Below, in pieces: positions 36,931 to 49,245 of a DNA stretch of 64,000 bases. The position numbers and the translations under genes are program-made. The notes below the pieces were generated by a model. That model was not told where the DNA came from. It did no database searches and saw only the letters and a list, made by a program, of their open reading frames with translations. This DNA comes from Octopus bimaculoides (Eukaryota), in assembly GCF_001194135.2 (NCBI RefSeq), contig NC_069000.1, forward strand, positions 35,475,727-35,539,726. Direction: 5' to 3'. Every line of letters starts with the position of its first letter. Within the stretch, counting starts at the first letter, position 1.

Positions 36931-37124
36931 GCCATAATATTCAATGGCAGTGGATCCATGGCCTCTTTGAACAGGCAATATATGGTGGTAGAGTAGACAA
37001 CACCTTTGACATAAGGGTGTTAGTCTCTTACCTGAAGACTTTCTTTGACAACCGGGTGTTGGGTGAACATGTGAGTGACAGACGCATTGGAAATCTGCAA
37101 CTGCCAAATTCCTGCCAGTACAGA
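36931..37124 (+). CDS. DYNC2H1: DYNC2H1 exon: (G)HNIQWQWIHGLFEQAIYGGRVDNTFDIRVLVSYLKTFFDNRVLGEHVSDRRIGNLQLPNSCQYR
   Basis: cttatag acceptor, gtaagc donor; 194 nt, phase 1 to 0; YGGRVD motif. Confidence 0.95.
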
Positions 37125-37340
37125 GTAAGCATCTCATCTTATGTTACAATGTTCTTCTTTTCTTTCTTTCTGATTTTTATGAACACATGAAGGGAACTCT
37201 GTTTACTAGAAATAGAAACCAAAACACTCTCAAATCAAGCTCTAGATACTGATGTGTTGAAACAATGGTATAATTGTAAGGCATTTAATCTTTATTGAAG
37301 GTGTGCATCTGTATGTGCATGCACGTGTGTGTGTATTAGG

Positions 37341-37382
<42 letters not shown>

Positions 37383-37927
37383 GGAATATTTTACAAACTG
37401 TTTTTCTGAGATTTCACATGATTGTTCGTCAGACAGTTTGATGAATGGTGTTACATAAGACTCTGAATAACAGTTTGTGAAGTCTTTCAGCTTCAATAAA
37501 ATATTTTACTTTACTTTTGGTATTCAAGTAATATTTCATCCACCTTGTTTTGCATTTATGTGTTCACATGTATATGTGTCTGTGTGGTGTAATTCTTTTT
37601 ATATGGAAAATATTGATATTGATTTCAAAGTTCCACTAGTCATTGCTTCATGAAACTTCAAAGCTTTGTTTTTTTTAAACCTTTTTATATATTTTTGGTT
37701 CATCTAGTGGATGAGATTTAGTGGTTGCAACCTTTCACTTATAAAAATAAATGTTAAATTATTTTTAAATGTTATATTTTATTTAAATTGCATGATTTTT
37801 CAGTTGATATTAGACCATTTTTATATATAACTGTACGTAAAAAGAAACATTAATTACATACGTACACCTTAACAGAAAGTTTTTTTTTTTTATCTATCTT
37901 AAAGCCTTGGTTTCCTGTTTCTTTCAG

Positions 37928-38149
37928 GACTACATTTCTCTGATTGATAAACTTCCTGACTACAACCAACCTTCTTTGTTTGGTCTTCCTGAGAATATTG
38001 AGCGGTCTTCTCAGAAGACCATAAGTAACAATGTTATCTGTCAGCTGAGAATCCTGATGAGGTCTGACATCAAAGGCAGTAAATTTGATAAGGAAGTCTG
38101 GTCTTCTGAACTGGGGCCCATTCTCAATTTGTGGAAGAAACTTAACCAG
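37928..38149 (+). CDS. DYNC2H1: DYNC2H1 exon: DYISLIDKLPDYNQPSLFGLPENIERSSQKTISNNVICQLRILMRSDIKGSKFDKEVWSSELGPILNLWKKLNQ
   Basis: ctttcag acceptor, gtaagg donor; 222 nt. Confidence 0.96.
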
Positions 38150-39158
38150 GTAAGGCACTTACTCAATTTAGTCGATGCTAATAGGGAATGTCTTTCTTGG
38201 CTTCCCACCCTGCTAGAAATGACAGCCAAATCTTGCTGAAATCATATCCCACTATCTTTGATATGTGATGGATCAATTTGGTCAATGCTACAGAGGAGTG
38301 TCTTTCTTAACTGCTCACCCTGCTGGAAACAGTAGCCAAGTCTTACACAAATCACATCCAGCTGCTTTTAATATGAGATGGACATATTTTACCCTTTTAA
38401 ATGGCTGTCACTGAAACTCTTTTGATCATTGTTGTCATCACCATTTACTGTATGCTTTTGCAGCATGTTAATAACATAACACTACAAGAGTAGTACCTGT
38501 ACGTCTACCAAATTCACCCACAAGACTTTGGTCAGCCTGAGGCAATAGTAAAAGACACCTTAGGTGCCAAGCAGTGGGACTGAACCTGGAATCATGTAGT
38601 TGGGAAGCTACTTACCACACAGCCATGCCTATATCGTTCGTTTAACATCCGCTTTCCATGCTAGCATGGGTTGACATATATATATATATATATTCTTTTT
38701 TTCTTTTATTTGTTTTAGTCATTTGACTGTGGCCATGCTGGACAAATCGACCCTAAGACTTATTCTTTGTAAGCCTAGTACTTATTCTATCGGCCTCTTT
38801 TGCTGAACTGCTAAGTTACAAGGATGTAAACACACCAACATCAGTTGTCAAATGATGGTGGGGGGACAAACACATACACACAAACACACACACATATATG
38901 ACAGGCTTCTTTCAGTTTCCATCTACCAAATCCACCGACAAGGCTTTGGTCAGCCTGAGGCTATAGTAGAAGACACTTGCCCAAGGTGCCATGCAGTGGG
39001 ACTGAACCCGGAACCATGTGGTTGGAACCATATTTGCACATGTTCAATTATCATTTTACTATTTTCACATCCTCTCTTCTAGTTTAATCCATCATTTATG
39101 ATGGAAAATGTCTTCAGTTTATCTATTTTTTTATTTTATTTTCTTTCTTTGATTTTAG

Positions 39159-39374
39159 GGTCAGCAATTGATTCATATGAAGGTGAACCCACCAAAACAG
39201 AAAGATGGCAACACGTCCCCCTTGCTGGCCTTTATTCAACTCGAGAAGTACAATGCCATTAAACTTATCCAGTTTGTCCATTTGTCCCTGGCCGCACTCA
39301 GCAAGGTTATCCGTGGCTCCACTCTGCTGACCGCTAGTGTCCAGCAACTTGCTGAAGCACTGCTCAATCAAGAG
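39159..39374 (+). CDS. DYNC2H1: DYNC2H1 exon: GQQLIHMKVNPPKQKDGNTSPLLAFIQLEKYNAIKLIQFVHLSLAALSKVIRGSTLLTASVQQLAEALLNQE
   Basis: attttag acceptor, gtaagt donor; 216 nt. Confidence 0.96.
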
Positions 39375-41158
39375 GTAAGTGAATACCATCACTGATACAG
39401 TGTCTCAGATTCTCCATGCAATAAATGTATACAATGAGCTTTCGTTGCTGATGTCATTTACATGTTTCAGTCAATGGACTGTGGCCATAGTGGGGCACCA
39501 CCCTGAAGGGTGTAGTCAAACAAACTAACTCTAGTACTCATTTTATCGGGTCTTTTGCCTAACTGCTAAGTTATGACATAAACAAACCAGTACCATCTCA
39601 CGAGGAACAAATACAATATAAGCACAAAGACAAACACATCTACATATATATCTTTACCGCATTTGAGTTCACCAGACACATGAAGACCTGCTCTTCTCTC
39701 AGACATGTTCTCCAATTTTCTAATAGTACTGCCATCCACAATCTTGGCCAGTTCTTGTGATGTGTAAAAGATACCTGTGCTGGTGAGACATAAAAGGCAC
39801 CTGTGTCAGTGACATGTTGAAGTTACCCACTATACTCTTGGAGTGGTTGGTGTCAGGAAGGTCGTCTAGCTCTAGAAACCAAGCCAAAACCAGACTGGAG
39901 CCTGGTACAGCTTTCAAGCTTACCAGTTTCAGTCAGACCATCTAACCCATGCCAGCATAGTAAATGGACACTAAATGATGATGATGATGATTAAAAATGT
40001 AATTTTAAAAGATGCAAACATGAATTAAATTTAAAGNNNNNNNNNNNNNNNNNNNNNNNNNNNNNNNNNNNNNNNNNNNNNNNNNNNNNNNNNNNNNNNN
40101 NNNNNNNNNNNNNNNNNNNNNNNNNNNNNNNNNNNNNNNNNNNNNNNNNNNNNNNNNNNNNNNNNNNNNNNNNNNNNNNNNNNNNNNNNNNNNNNNNNNN
40201 NNNNNNNNNNNNNNNNNNNNNNNNNNNNNNNNNNNNNNNNNNNNNNNNNNNNNNNNNNNNNNNNNNNNNNNNNNNNNNNNNNNNNNNNNNNNNNNNNNNN
40301 NNNNNNNNNNNNNNNNNNNNNNNNNNNNNNNNNNNNNNNNNNNNNNNNNNNNNNNNNNNNNNNNNNNNNNNNNNNNNNNNNNNNNNNNNNNNNNNNNNNN
40401 NNNNNNNNNNNNNNNNNNNNNNNNNNNNNNNNNNNNNNNNNNNNNNNNNNNNNNNNNNNNNNNNNNNNNNNNNNNNNNNNNNNNNNNNNNNNNNNNNNNN
40501 NNNNNNNNNNNNNNNNNNNNNNNNNNNNNNNNNNNNNNNNNNNNNNNNNNNNNNNNNNNNNNNNNNNNNNNNNNNNNNNNNNNNNNNNNNNNNNNNNNNN
40601 NNNNNNNNNNNNNNNNNNNNNNNNNNNNNNNNNNNNNNNNNNNNNNNNNNNNNNNNNNNNNNNNNNNNNNNNNNNNNNNNNNNNNNNNNNACAAATATTT
40701 AAGTGACTCTTGATGGAAACTGAAAAAAATAGTTCCCTGCCATACCAAGCTATAAAAAACTTATCTAAAGGTGTAGGCATGGCTGGAGTGGTTAAAAAGC
40801 TCACTTTGCAACCACATGGTTTCAGGTTCAGTCTCAATGCACAGCACCTTGGGCAAATGTTTCTTAAAATAGCCCCAGGTCAACCAATACCTTATCAGTG
40901 CATTTGATAGACAGAAACTGTGTGAAACCCTGGCGGCGAGCTGGCAGAAACGTTAGCACGCCGGGCGAAATGCTTAGTAGTATTTCGTCTGCCGAGGTCG
41001 ACTTTGTCTTTCATCCTTTCGGGGTCGATAAATTAAGTACCAGTTACGCACTGGGGGCAATGTGATTGACTTAATCCCTTTGTCTATCCTTGTTTGTCCC
41101 CTCTAAATTTAGCCCCTTGTGGGCAATAAAGAAATAAGAAACTGTAAGAAGCTTGCCA

Positions 41159-41197
<39 letters not shown>

Positions 41198-41542
41198 GTT
41201 AAAGACCTCCTTTGGTCATGAATGACCATGGGATTACACCTAGAAAATTGTCTTCTGAGGTCCAAGCAAGGTTGTTTATGGAAGACCAGCAGTCACCCAT
41301 GCATACCAGCCTCCCTTCTCCATGCACCTGATGTTATTTAAGGGAAAGGCAAAGGCCGATACAGCTTGGCACCAGTGATGCTGCAACTCATTTCTACAGG
41401 TGGAGCAATGTGAAATAAAGTCGTCTTGCTCAAGAACACAACACACTGCTCAGTAGCCTGGTCCGAGAATTGTACTCACTATCTCATGATTGTGAGCTCA
41501 ACAATCTAACTACTAAACCATGCACTTTCACACACACATATA

Positions 41543-42080
41543 TCATCATCGTTTAACATCCGCTTTTCATGCTGGCATGGGTTGGATAGTTTGACTGAGA
41601 TCTGGCAAGCTTGTGGGCTGCACCACGTTCCAATCTGATCTGGCAATGTTTCTACAGCTGAATGCCCTTCCTAATGCCACCAACTCTGAGAGTGTAGTGA
41701 GTGCTTTTTACTTGCCACTGGTACGGGAGCCAGTCAGGCAGCCCTGGCATTGGCCACATTTGGATGGTGCATTTTATGTGCCCCTGGCATGTAAGCCAGT
41801 CAGGTGGTCCCGGCCACAGCTATGATTTTGATTTTACTTGACTCAACAATCTTCTCAAGCATATATCATCAGAACCTTCGAGGGTACTTTTAAATGGGCC
41901 GGTCATGCAACACTGGCATCGGCCAAGGCTGCAATCTCGCTTTACTTGCCAGGTCTTCTCAAGCACAGCATATCTCCAAAGGTCTCGGTCACTTGTCATT
42001 GCCTCCATGAGCCCCAACATTCGAAGGTCATGCTTCACCATCTCATCCCATTTCTTCTTGGGTCTACCTCTTCCACAGAT
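41543..42080 (-). mobile_element. 5'-truncated RTE-clade LINE (ORF2 end, 3' UTR, GAT tail)
   Basis: CGRGRPKKKWDEMVKHDLRMLGLMEAMTSDRDLWRYAVLEKT, then the family D UTR ending ATGGATGTTAAACGATGATGA-like tail. Confidence 0.85.
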
Positions 42081-42503
42081 AATAATACACTAAGGCCAAA
42101 TGCATCACAGGGTTAGTTGAAGGGAGAGGTGAAGAATGAAAGAAAAATACGGTGAGAGAAAAATGGGAGAGAGAAGTGTTAATGACATGTTATAGGATGG
42201 GGAGGAAGGTGAAGAGAAAGAGAGAAATGTTATAGGCATGAAGAGGGGGAATTACATGGTTAAAAAGTTCATTAAAGAGGTAGAGAGAAAGAGGGAAATA
42301 TAAGTNNNNNNNNNNNNNNNNNNNNNNNNNNNNNNNNNNNNNNNNNNNNNNNNNNNNNNNNNNNNNNNNNNNNNNNNNNNNNNNNNNNNNNNNNNNNNNN
42401 NNNNNNNNNNNNNNNNNNNNNNNNNNNNNNNNNNNNNNNNNNNNNNNNNNNNNNNNNNNNNNNNNNNNNNNNNNNNNNNNNNNNNNNNNNNNNNNNNNNN
42501 NNN

Positions 42504-42649
42504 CATCCGCAGGGGCCTACCTCACCATGCGTATCGGTGGACTGCTTCTGGAGGGTTGTATATTTGACGGCCGTAACCTGTCTGATAATCAACCAGAATC
42601 TCCAACAGTGTGTGCCCTTCCTCCATGTTACATATCCTGGGTTCCAAAG
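42504..42649 (+). CDS. DYNC2H1: DYNC2H1 penultimate exon, 5' end probably inside the N gap: ..SAGAYLTMRIGGLLLEGCIFDGRNLSDNQPESPTVCALPPCYISWVPK
   Basis: Open frame from the gap edge to AAG/gtaccg donor; GLLLEGC.FDG motif. The 5' boundary is uncertain; an alternative acceptor ccgcag ends at 42512. Confidence 0.9.
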
Positions 42650-43199
42650 GTACCGTTTCTTTTCTTATTCATTTTATGTATATTTATTTATTTATTTATT
42701 TTCTGTCTCCTTCTCTCTCTCACTCTCTCTATCTGTATTTGTCTATTTCTGCACGTGTGTGTGTGCATGCATGTGTATGAATGTGTGTGTGTGTGTGTGT
42801 CTGTGTGTTTGCTTCTGGTACCAAAAATTTACTATCACCAAAACAGGCTGAACGTCCAGTCATTTGTGCCAAATGACCAGCATTCAAACAGTTGCATCCA
42901 ATTAATTACATGGCACCAGCACCCATACCATTTCTTTTTATGCGGCATCTTGACTTTAGGATTTCATGGCACCTATTATCTCAGAGCTTTGGAATTTTAA
43001 TGGTGAGAGTGTAGGGTATGTGTGAAAGGATGAATCTGGCTGGTTTGAGCATAAAACAAGGTGGAATATATGGACAGATTAAATGCTAAAGGTTTAAAAT
43101 TAAACTCTTCATACAACTTTGGATGATTTTGTTTGTGTTGTTGGCTTCTTTGTTGTTGTTTTTATTTATTTATTTATTTATATATTTTGTTCCCTGCAG

Positions 43200-43364
43200 A
43201 ATGTTCCTGAGAAAAGCAACACAGCCGAGCACATCTCTCTACCTCTCTACTACAGTTCCCAGAGAGACAGGGTGGTCACCTATTTGGATTTACCGTGCAT
43301 CTCGTCCGATCCGAACCACTGGCTGCAGTGTGGTGCAGCAATCTTTCTCTCGTCCAATACCTAA
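43200..43364 (+). CDS. DYNC2H1: DYNC2H1 terminal coding exon: NVPEKSNTAEHISLPLYYSSQRDRVVTYLDLPCISSDPNHWLQCGAAIFLSSNT*
   Basis: tccctgcag acceptor, TAA stop; matches the recalled dynein-2 C-terminus (ISLPVY...RDRVVT..D.PC...W.QCGAA.FL). Confidence 0.96.
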   Translation, partial: NVPEKSNTAEHISLPLYYSSQRDRVVTYLDLPCISSDPNHWLQCGAAIFLSSNT

Positions 43365-43766
43365 CGAGAGAAGTAGGAAAGTGGGTATGGATGGTGGGAG
43401 GGGGGACTTAAATGAGGTGAGAGAAAGAGTAAGAAAGAGAGAGAGAAAGAGTAAGAAAGAGTAAGAAAGAGAGAGAGAAAGAGATAAGTGTAGACTGAGG
43501 AGAAGAAAATGGAGGAGAGAGAGGGAAGGAGATGGAGTTATTGTAAAAACAAAAATGGACCTTATCAACAGAGATTGTATTTAGTAATTTGAGATGCTTA
43601 TTAATTTGATAGGGTTGTAGTATATATCTAGGGAGAGTGTTGAGATGGGGCTGCAGCTTTTGACAGCTTTTCACACATATTGCAGTATACCACACTTCTA
43701 TATATTGCCGCATCCATCAAAAAACCCCAATATGACATAGATTATGCACAATATTAATATCTATAT

Positions 43767-44001
43767 TAGGGCGGTGAGCTGGCAGAATCGTTAGCATGCC
43801 GTGCGAAATGCTTAGCAGTATTTCATCTACCATTACATTCTGAGTTCAAATTCTGCCAAGGTCGACTCTGCCTTTCATCTTTTCGGGGTTCGATTAAATA
43901 AATACCAGTTATGTACTGGAGTCGATGTAATCGACTTAGTCCCTTTGTCTGTCCTTGTTTGTCCCCTCTATGTTTAGCCCCCTGTGGGCAATAAAGAAAT
44001 A
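43767..44001 (+). mobile_element. Family B SINE with 17-bp TSD, about 400 bp after the DYNC2H1 stop
   Basis: AATATTAATATCTATAT at 43750-43766 and 44002-44018. Confidence 0.9.
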
Positions 44002-44003
44002 AA
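43897..44003 (+). promoter_or_regulatory. Candidate DYNC2H1 polyadenylation signals (AATAAA at 43897, 43990 and 43998)
   Basis: First AATAAA/ATTAAA hexamers I can find after the stop; all lie in the SINE or at its 3' junction. Use is not shown. Confidence 0.4.
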
Positions 44004-44039
44004 TATTAATATCTATATCACACTGCACTGCTAAACAAT

Positions 44040-45565
44040 GTTACTTTTGTTGTCACAGTACATGACTATATGTTGTTATTAACATCTCAACATACAATGT
44101 AACATTTATCTGTGATAGTACCCCACTTTATGTTAACATATCTATCACAGTACCTCATTATGAGATGTCAGAGGTTTTACAAGACTATGCTATGTTAACA
44201 TCAATATTACTCAATGCTACAATACAATGTCACATCTTTTGTCACAATACATGACTATATGTTGATAAATATGTCACAGTATACAATGTTACAATGTAAC
44301 ATCTGTCACACTACTCCATTATACAATGGTAGATGCACTGTAACAGTTCACCTCTAATGCAATATCACATCTATATAATAGTTTCATTTATGTCACAGTT
44401 CACAACAATATTGTCACATGCCTTAGAGTTCACCACTATATAACATTACATCTGTGTCACAGCATGTAGCATTATAATGTCACAGTAATGCCTTAAAGTA
44501 TTACATCAGTATCATGTTACACTCCTATACATGTAACATGTATAGGGGTGTATACAGTGGTGTATTGTACATGTGCTGTAGTACACTACTATATTGTATC
44601 ATACCAGTGTCACAGTACATCACTTACAGCACTGTACTGTATCATATTTATGTCATAGTACGTTACTCTATATCTGTACCGCAATACACCAAGATATAGT
44701 ATTGCATTTAAATCATAGTACATGACCATATAGTGTCATAGTACACTTCTTTATAACACCTGTGCCAAAATATACCTCTGTATAGTATATGCAGAATGTC
44801 GTTTTCTAGAACCTTTGGTTCCAAAGCCTTACCAGATTAATGGTTTTTCCAAACTAAGTGGGGATCACCTCTAAATTAATCATTCATTCATTCGGTTCAC
44901 ATTGTGCCTTGTGGCACTTGAGGCGACAGCAAGATCATTCCACCTTCTAACTCTGAAAGTGTCCTGGACAGCTTGTTCCTTGTTAACCCTCTGCTTTTAA
45001 GATCTGTTATTGTTCTCCGCCACATTTCTTTTTGTCGGCCACGTCTTCTTTTACCTTGTGGAACCCATTGCAAAGCGATGCTGACAAGTGAGCTTGGTTT
45101 ATAGCAGCAAACTCAACCCAGCCATTTCCATCTCCTTGCTCCAATAGTTTCTGTTATTAGTTTCATGTTAGCCTTGGTATGTAATTGGCTATTCGAGACC
45201 TAAATTAAACAAATACTAAAACAATTAAATGAAATACAGGTACCTGTTCATTAGAGTAAATTAGGGTGGATTATAAGAGGATCCAGACCATTAGTATTCA
45301 GTATCACAACTAATTCATAGTAAACTATATAGTGTTACAGTACTCTACAATATCATATCTGTGTCACAGTACAATACTATATACAATACTATGTTATATC
45401 TATGTCACAGTACATTACTCCATAATAGTATCACATCTAAGTTACAGCACACAATTATACAATGTCATAGTGAACAATGCTATAGGGTATTGCACCTGAA
45501 TCACTATATACCACTTCAAATAGTACCACAATCACAGTACACTAATATCATATCTGTATGTCTGT
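44040..45565 (+). repeat. Cryptic decayed minisatellite built on TGTCACAGTAC-like motifs (about 18 copies), split by a roughly 500-bp insert
   Basis: Motif variants at about 44052, 44145, 44240, 44273, 44392, 44456, 44479, 44608, 44651, 44734, 45362, 45402, 45463 and 45530. Confidence 0.75.
44878..45165 (-). mobile_element. RTE-clade LINE C-terminal relic with (GAAT)n tail
   Basis: ETIGARRWKWLG...SIALQWVPQGKRRRGR. Confidence 0.75.
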
Positions 45566-48218
45566 GATATGTTGTTGACTAGTATTAAACAACTAAAGAC
45601 TACTACCACCACCACCATCATTTATTCACACTATAAAACAATGTTAAATCTCTAATATTTATAATCTTGTTGCTGTATTATACCATTTTACTACTGTATC
45701 ACATTTATTACTGTATTATACTAGTTAATATTTTGTTATTAATATACTTTTTTTGTTAACCAGTGTTTACTGGTTGGAAACCTCTGAGGATGTATATTTC
45801 GTAAGTTTAGGGTTTTTTTTTCTCCTTCTTTACACCACCAATCCGTCCAAAGAATAAAATATTTTCAGAAATTAATGTTATTATTTGTTTGTTTCTTTTT
45901 AATTTCAAACATTTATCTTTCATTTTTTACTGGTTTCAGCCATGCTGGAGCACCTCTTCAAAGAATTAACTCCTGTACTTATTTAAACATTTTTTTTTTA
46001 GCCTGGTATTTATTTTATAGGTCTCATAAAATTCAAAAGGAAAATGTGTTACAGAGTGATCCACACCAACACAGATATTTGCTAGCAGCATAAATGGTAT
46101 TTGCTGCCACAAGAAGAAGCACTATTGCAGGAAGATTCCAAAATTGTGATTTCAGGTGGCACCTAACAAAGGTAGTATCTTACACTACAAACTGTAAGTA
46201 AGATATATCATATCTGATGGAATATAAAACACACTTTTTCAAGCAAAACAAATCTCAAACAATCACTTTGGCTCCTATATGCAAAGTTGGGCCTCCTATA
46301 AGCTAATTTTGTTACTAATACTCACTACACTATGGGCTAATTACATGGACCCCAGTGCTCAACTGATACTTATTTTATCAATCCCCAAAAGGATGAAAGG
46401 CAAAGTTGATCCCAGCAGAATTTGAATTCAGAACATAAAGACGGATGAAACACCACTAAGCATTTTGTCCAACATGTTAACAGTTCTGCCAGCTTGTTGC
46501 CTTATTTATGCCATCAAATATAGTCAATCTTTATTCAAATTTTCTTAAATTCATAAAACAAAACATCATTAAAAATTCAGCATGCATTTTGTTTCTTATT
46601 TATAATAACATTTTCACAATAAATGTAATTAGAATTTTACCATATATTTAATAAATTTTCCTTTACTAAGACCTTATTAGATTGCACGGAATTTAATGTA
46701 ATCTTAAAAAAAAGTTTGCTACCATAGGCGCAGGAGTGGCTGTGTGGTAAGTAGCTTGCTTACCAATCACATGGTTCCGGGCTCAGTCCCACTGCATGGC
46801 ACCTTGGGCAAGTGTCTTCTACTATAGCCTCGGACCGACCAAAGCCTTGTGAGTGGATTTGGTAGACGGAAACTGAAAGAAGCCCGTCGTATATCATCAT
46901 CGTTTAACGTCCGTTTTCCATGCTAGCATGGGTTGGACGATTTGACTGAGGACTGGTGAAACCGGATGGCAACACCAGGCTCCAATCTAAATTTGGCAGA
47001 GTTTCTACAGCTGGATGCCCTTCCTAACGCCAACCACTCAGATAGNNNNNNNNNNNNNNNNNNNNNNNNNNNNNNNNNNNNNNNNNNNNNNNNNNNNNNN
47101 NNNNNNNNNNNNNNNNNNNNNNNNNNNNNNNNNNNNNNNNNNNNNNNNNNNNNNNNNNNNNNNNNNNNNNNNNNNNNNNNNNNNNNNNNNNNNNNNNNNN
47201 NNNNNNNNNNNNNNNNNNNNNNNNNNNNNNNNNNNNNNNNNNNNNNNNNNNNNNNNNNNNNNNNNNNNNNNNNNNNNNNNNNNNNNNNNNNNNNNNNNNN
47301 NNNNNNNNNNNNNNNNNNNNNNNNNNNNNNNNNNNNNNNNNNNNNNNNNNNNNNNNNNNNNNNNNNNNNNNNNNNNNNNNNNNNNNNNNNNNNNNNNNNN
47401 NNNNNNNNNNNNNNNNNNNNNNNNNNNNNNNNNNNNNNNNNNNNNNNNNNNNNNNNNNNNNNNNNNNNNNNNNNNNNNNNNNNNNNNNNNNNNNNNNNNN
47501 NNNNNNNNNNNNNNNNNNNNNNNNNNNNNNNNNNNNNNNNNNNNNNNNNNNNNNNNNNNNNNNNNNNNNNNNNNNNNNNNNNNNNNNNNNNNNNNNNNNN
47601 NNNNNNNNNNNNNNNNNNNNNNNNNNNNNNNNNNNNNNNNNNNNNNNNNNNNNNNNNNNNNNNNNNNNNNNNNNNNNNNNNNNNNNNNNNNNNNNNNNNN
47701 NNNNNNNNNNNNNNNNNNNNNNNNNNNNNNNNNNNNNNNNNNNNNNNNNNNNNNNNNNNNNNNNNNNNNNNNNNNNNNNNNNNNNNNNNNNNNNNNNNNN
47801 NNNNNNNNNNNNNNNNNNNNNNNNNNNNNNNNNNNNNNNNNNNNNNNNNNNNNNNNNNNNNNNNNNNNNNNNNNNNNNNNNNNNNNNNNNNNNNNNNNNN
47901 NNNNNNNNNNNNNNNNNNNNNNNNNNNNNNNNNNNNNNNNNNNNNNNNNNNNNNNNNNNNNNNGGGAGATAGATAGATAGATAAGCGGCTCAGTTAACGT
48001 TTATGATCGCTTTTAGTGTCGTCCGCCTCAATGAATATGAATTACTGGAAACAATCAAACGCAGGCGTGGGATGGTATAAAAGGTTTATTAAAGAGAATT
48101 GAATAACGGTTATTGAAACATTGTTTAAACGAATAATAAATGGCCGTGTGTGCATCTGTATGGGTACCTATGAATATATATGTGGACGTATGTGACTATA
48201 TATTTTGTGTGGTGTACC

Positions 48219-48261
<43 letters not shown>

Positions 48262-49245
48262 GTGTGCATGTGTGTTCATATCTGTGCATATATGTGCATG
48301 TGTATCTGTAAATGTGTCGTCGGCGAATGCACGTGTGGACATTTGTGAATATCTGAGGGACTTTTGTGTGTGGATCTGTGAGTATAGATATTGATGTGCC
48401 TATGGTTAATTATGTAAGTGTGTTGGCTTATGAATATATAATATAATATACACAGCACATATATACGAATATACATGTCTTTTGGAGTAAGTCTTTTGCG
48501 AAGATATGTTTTACTATGTGTCCCTCATCTCTGTAAATTAATCAACGGGGATGTGTGTGTGTGTGTACGTGCGTGTATGTAAATGTGTGCACAACACACA
48601 CACACACACTGCATATGTATTTTTGTATATATTTGGGAATAACTATAAATGTTCATTTCTATATATGTGTGTGCGTGGTGTATGCGTGTGTATGTGGTGT
48701 ATAAACACTCACACAAATACCCTCACACACATATATGCTTATGTACGTTTATATATATATATATACATATGTACATATCTATCTATATAGACATACACAC
48801 ACACACACACACAGAGAAAGAGAGAGAAATATTAACTAAACATCGACATCTATGTATGTATACATACATTTATGTGCCCAAGTATGTATGTGTGTGTTTG
48901 TGCATGTATTATGCATGTATATATGCATGCATGTATATGTATGTGTATATGTTCCTAAGTGTGCATATTTGTGAGAATACCTGCATGTATATGTATGCAT
49001 ACCTGCGTGTATGTATATACCCATGCTGTTTAGCGTGACATGGTGTATGCACCCATTACAAACTGTGTACACGTCTGTATACATATTCAGTATTAAACCA
49101 AAAGTGCATTACATCAAACTCTGCTTTTTGCACCTTTTAAAGGAATTTAAAAGATGCGCGGTATTACAAATGAATTTTTTTTCTTTGTTCTATTTTTTGA
49201 CGGTAAAGTAAAAAGATGAAAGCTAATAATAATAATAATAATAAT

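Larger units (their letters stand above)
6285..43364 (+). other. DYNC2H1: 3' portion of the cytoplasmic dynein 2 heavy chain 1 gene (16 visible exons; 5' exons lie upstream of the window)
   Basis: Exons splice in frame with canonical AG/GT ends and compatible phases. The spliced peptide follows the recalled DYNC2H1 C-terminal sequence colinearly ([74 protein letters not shown]). Confidence 0.96.

Noticed and set aside
48060-48100. TATAAAA box-like motif next to a gap
   Set aside because: No supporting downstream exon or other promoter evidence in AT-rich DNA
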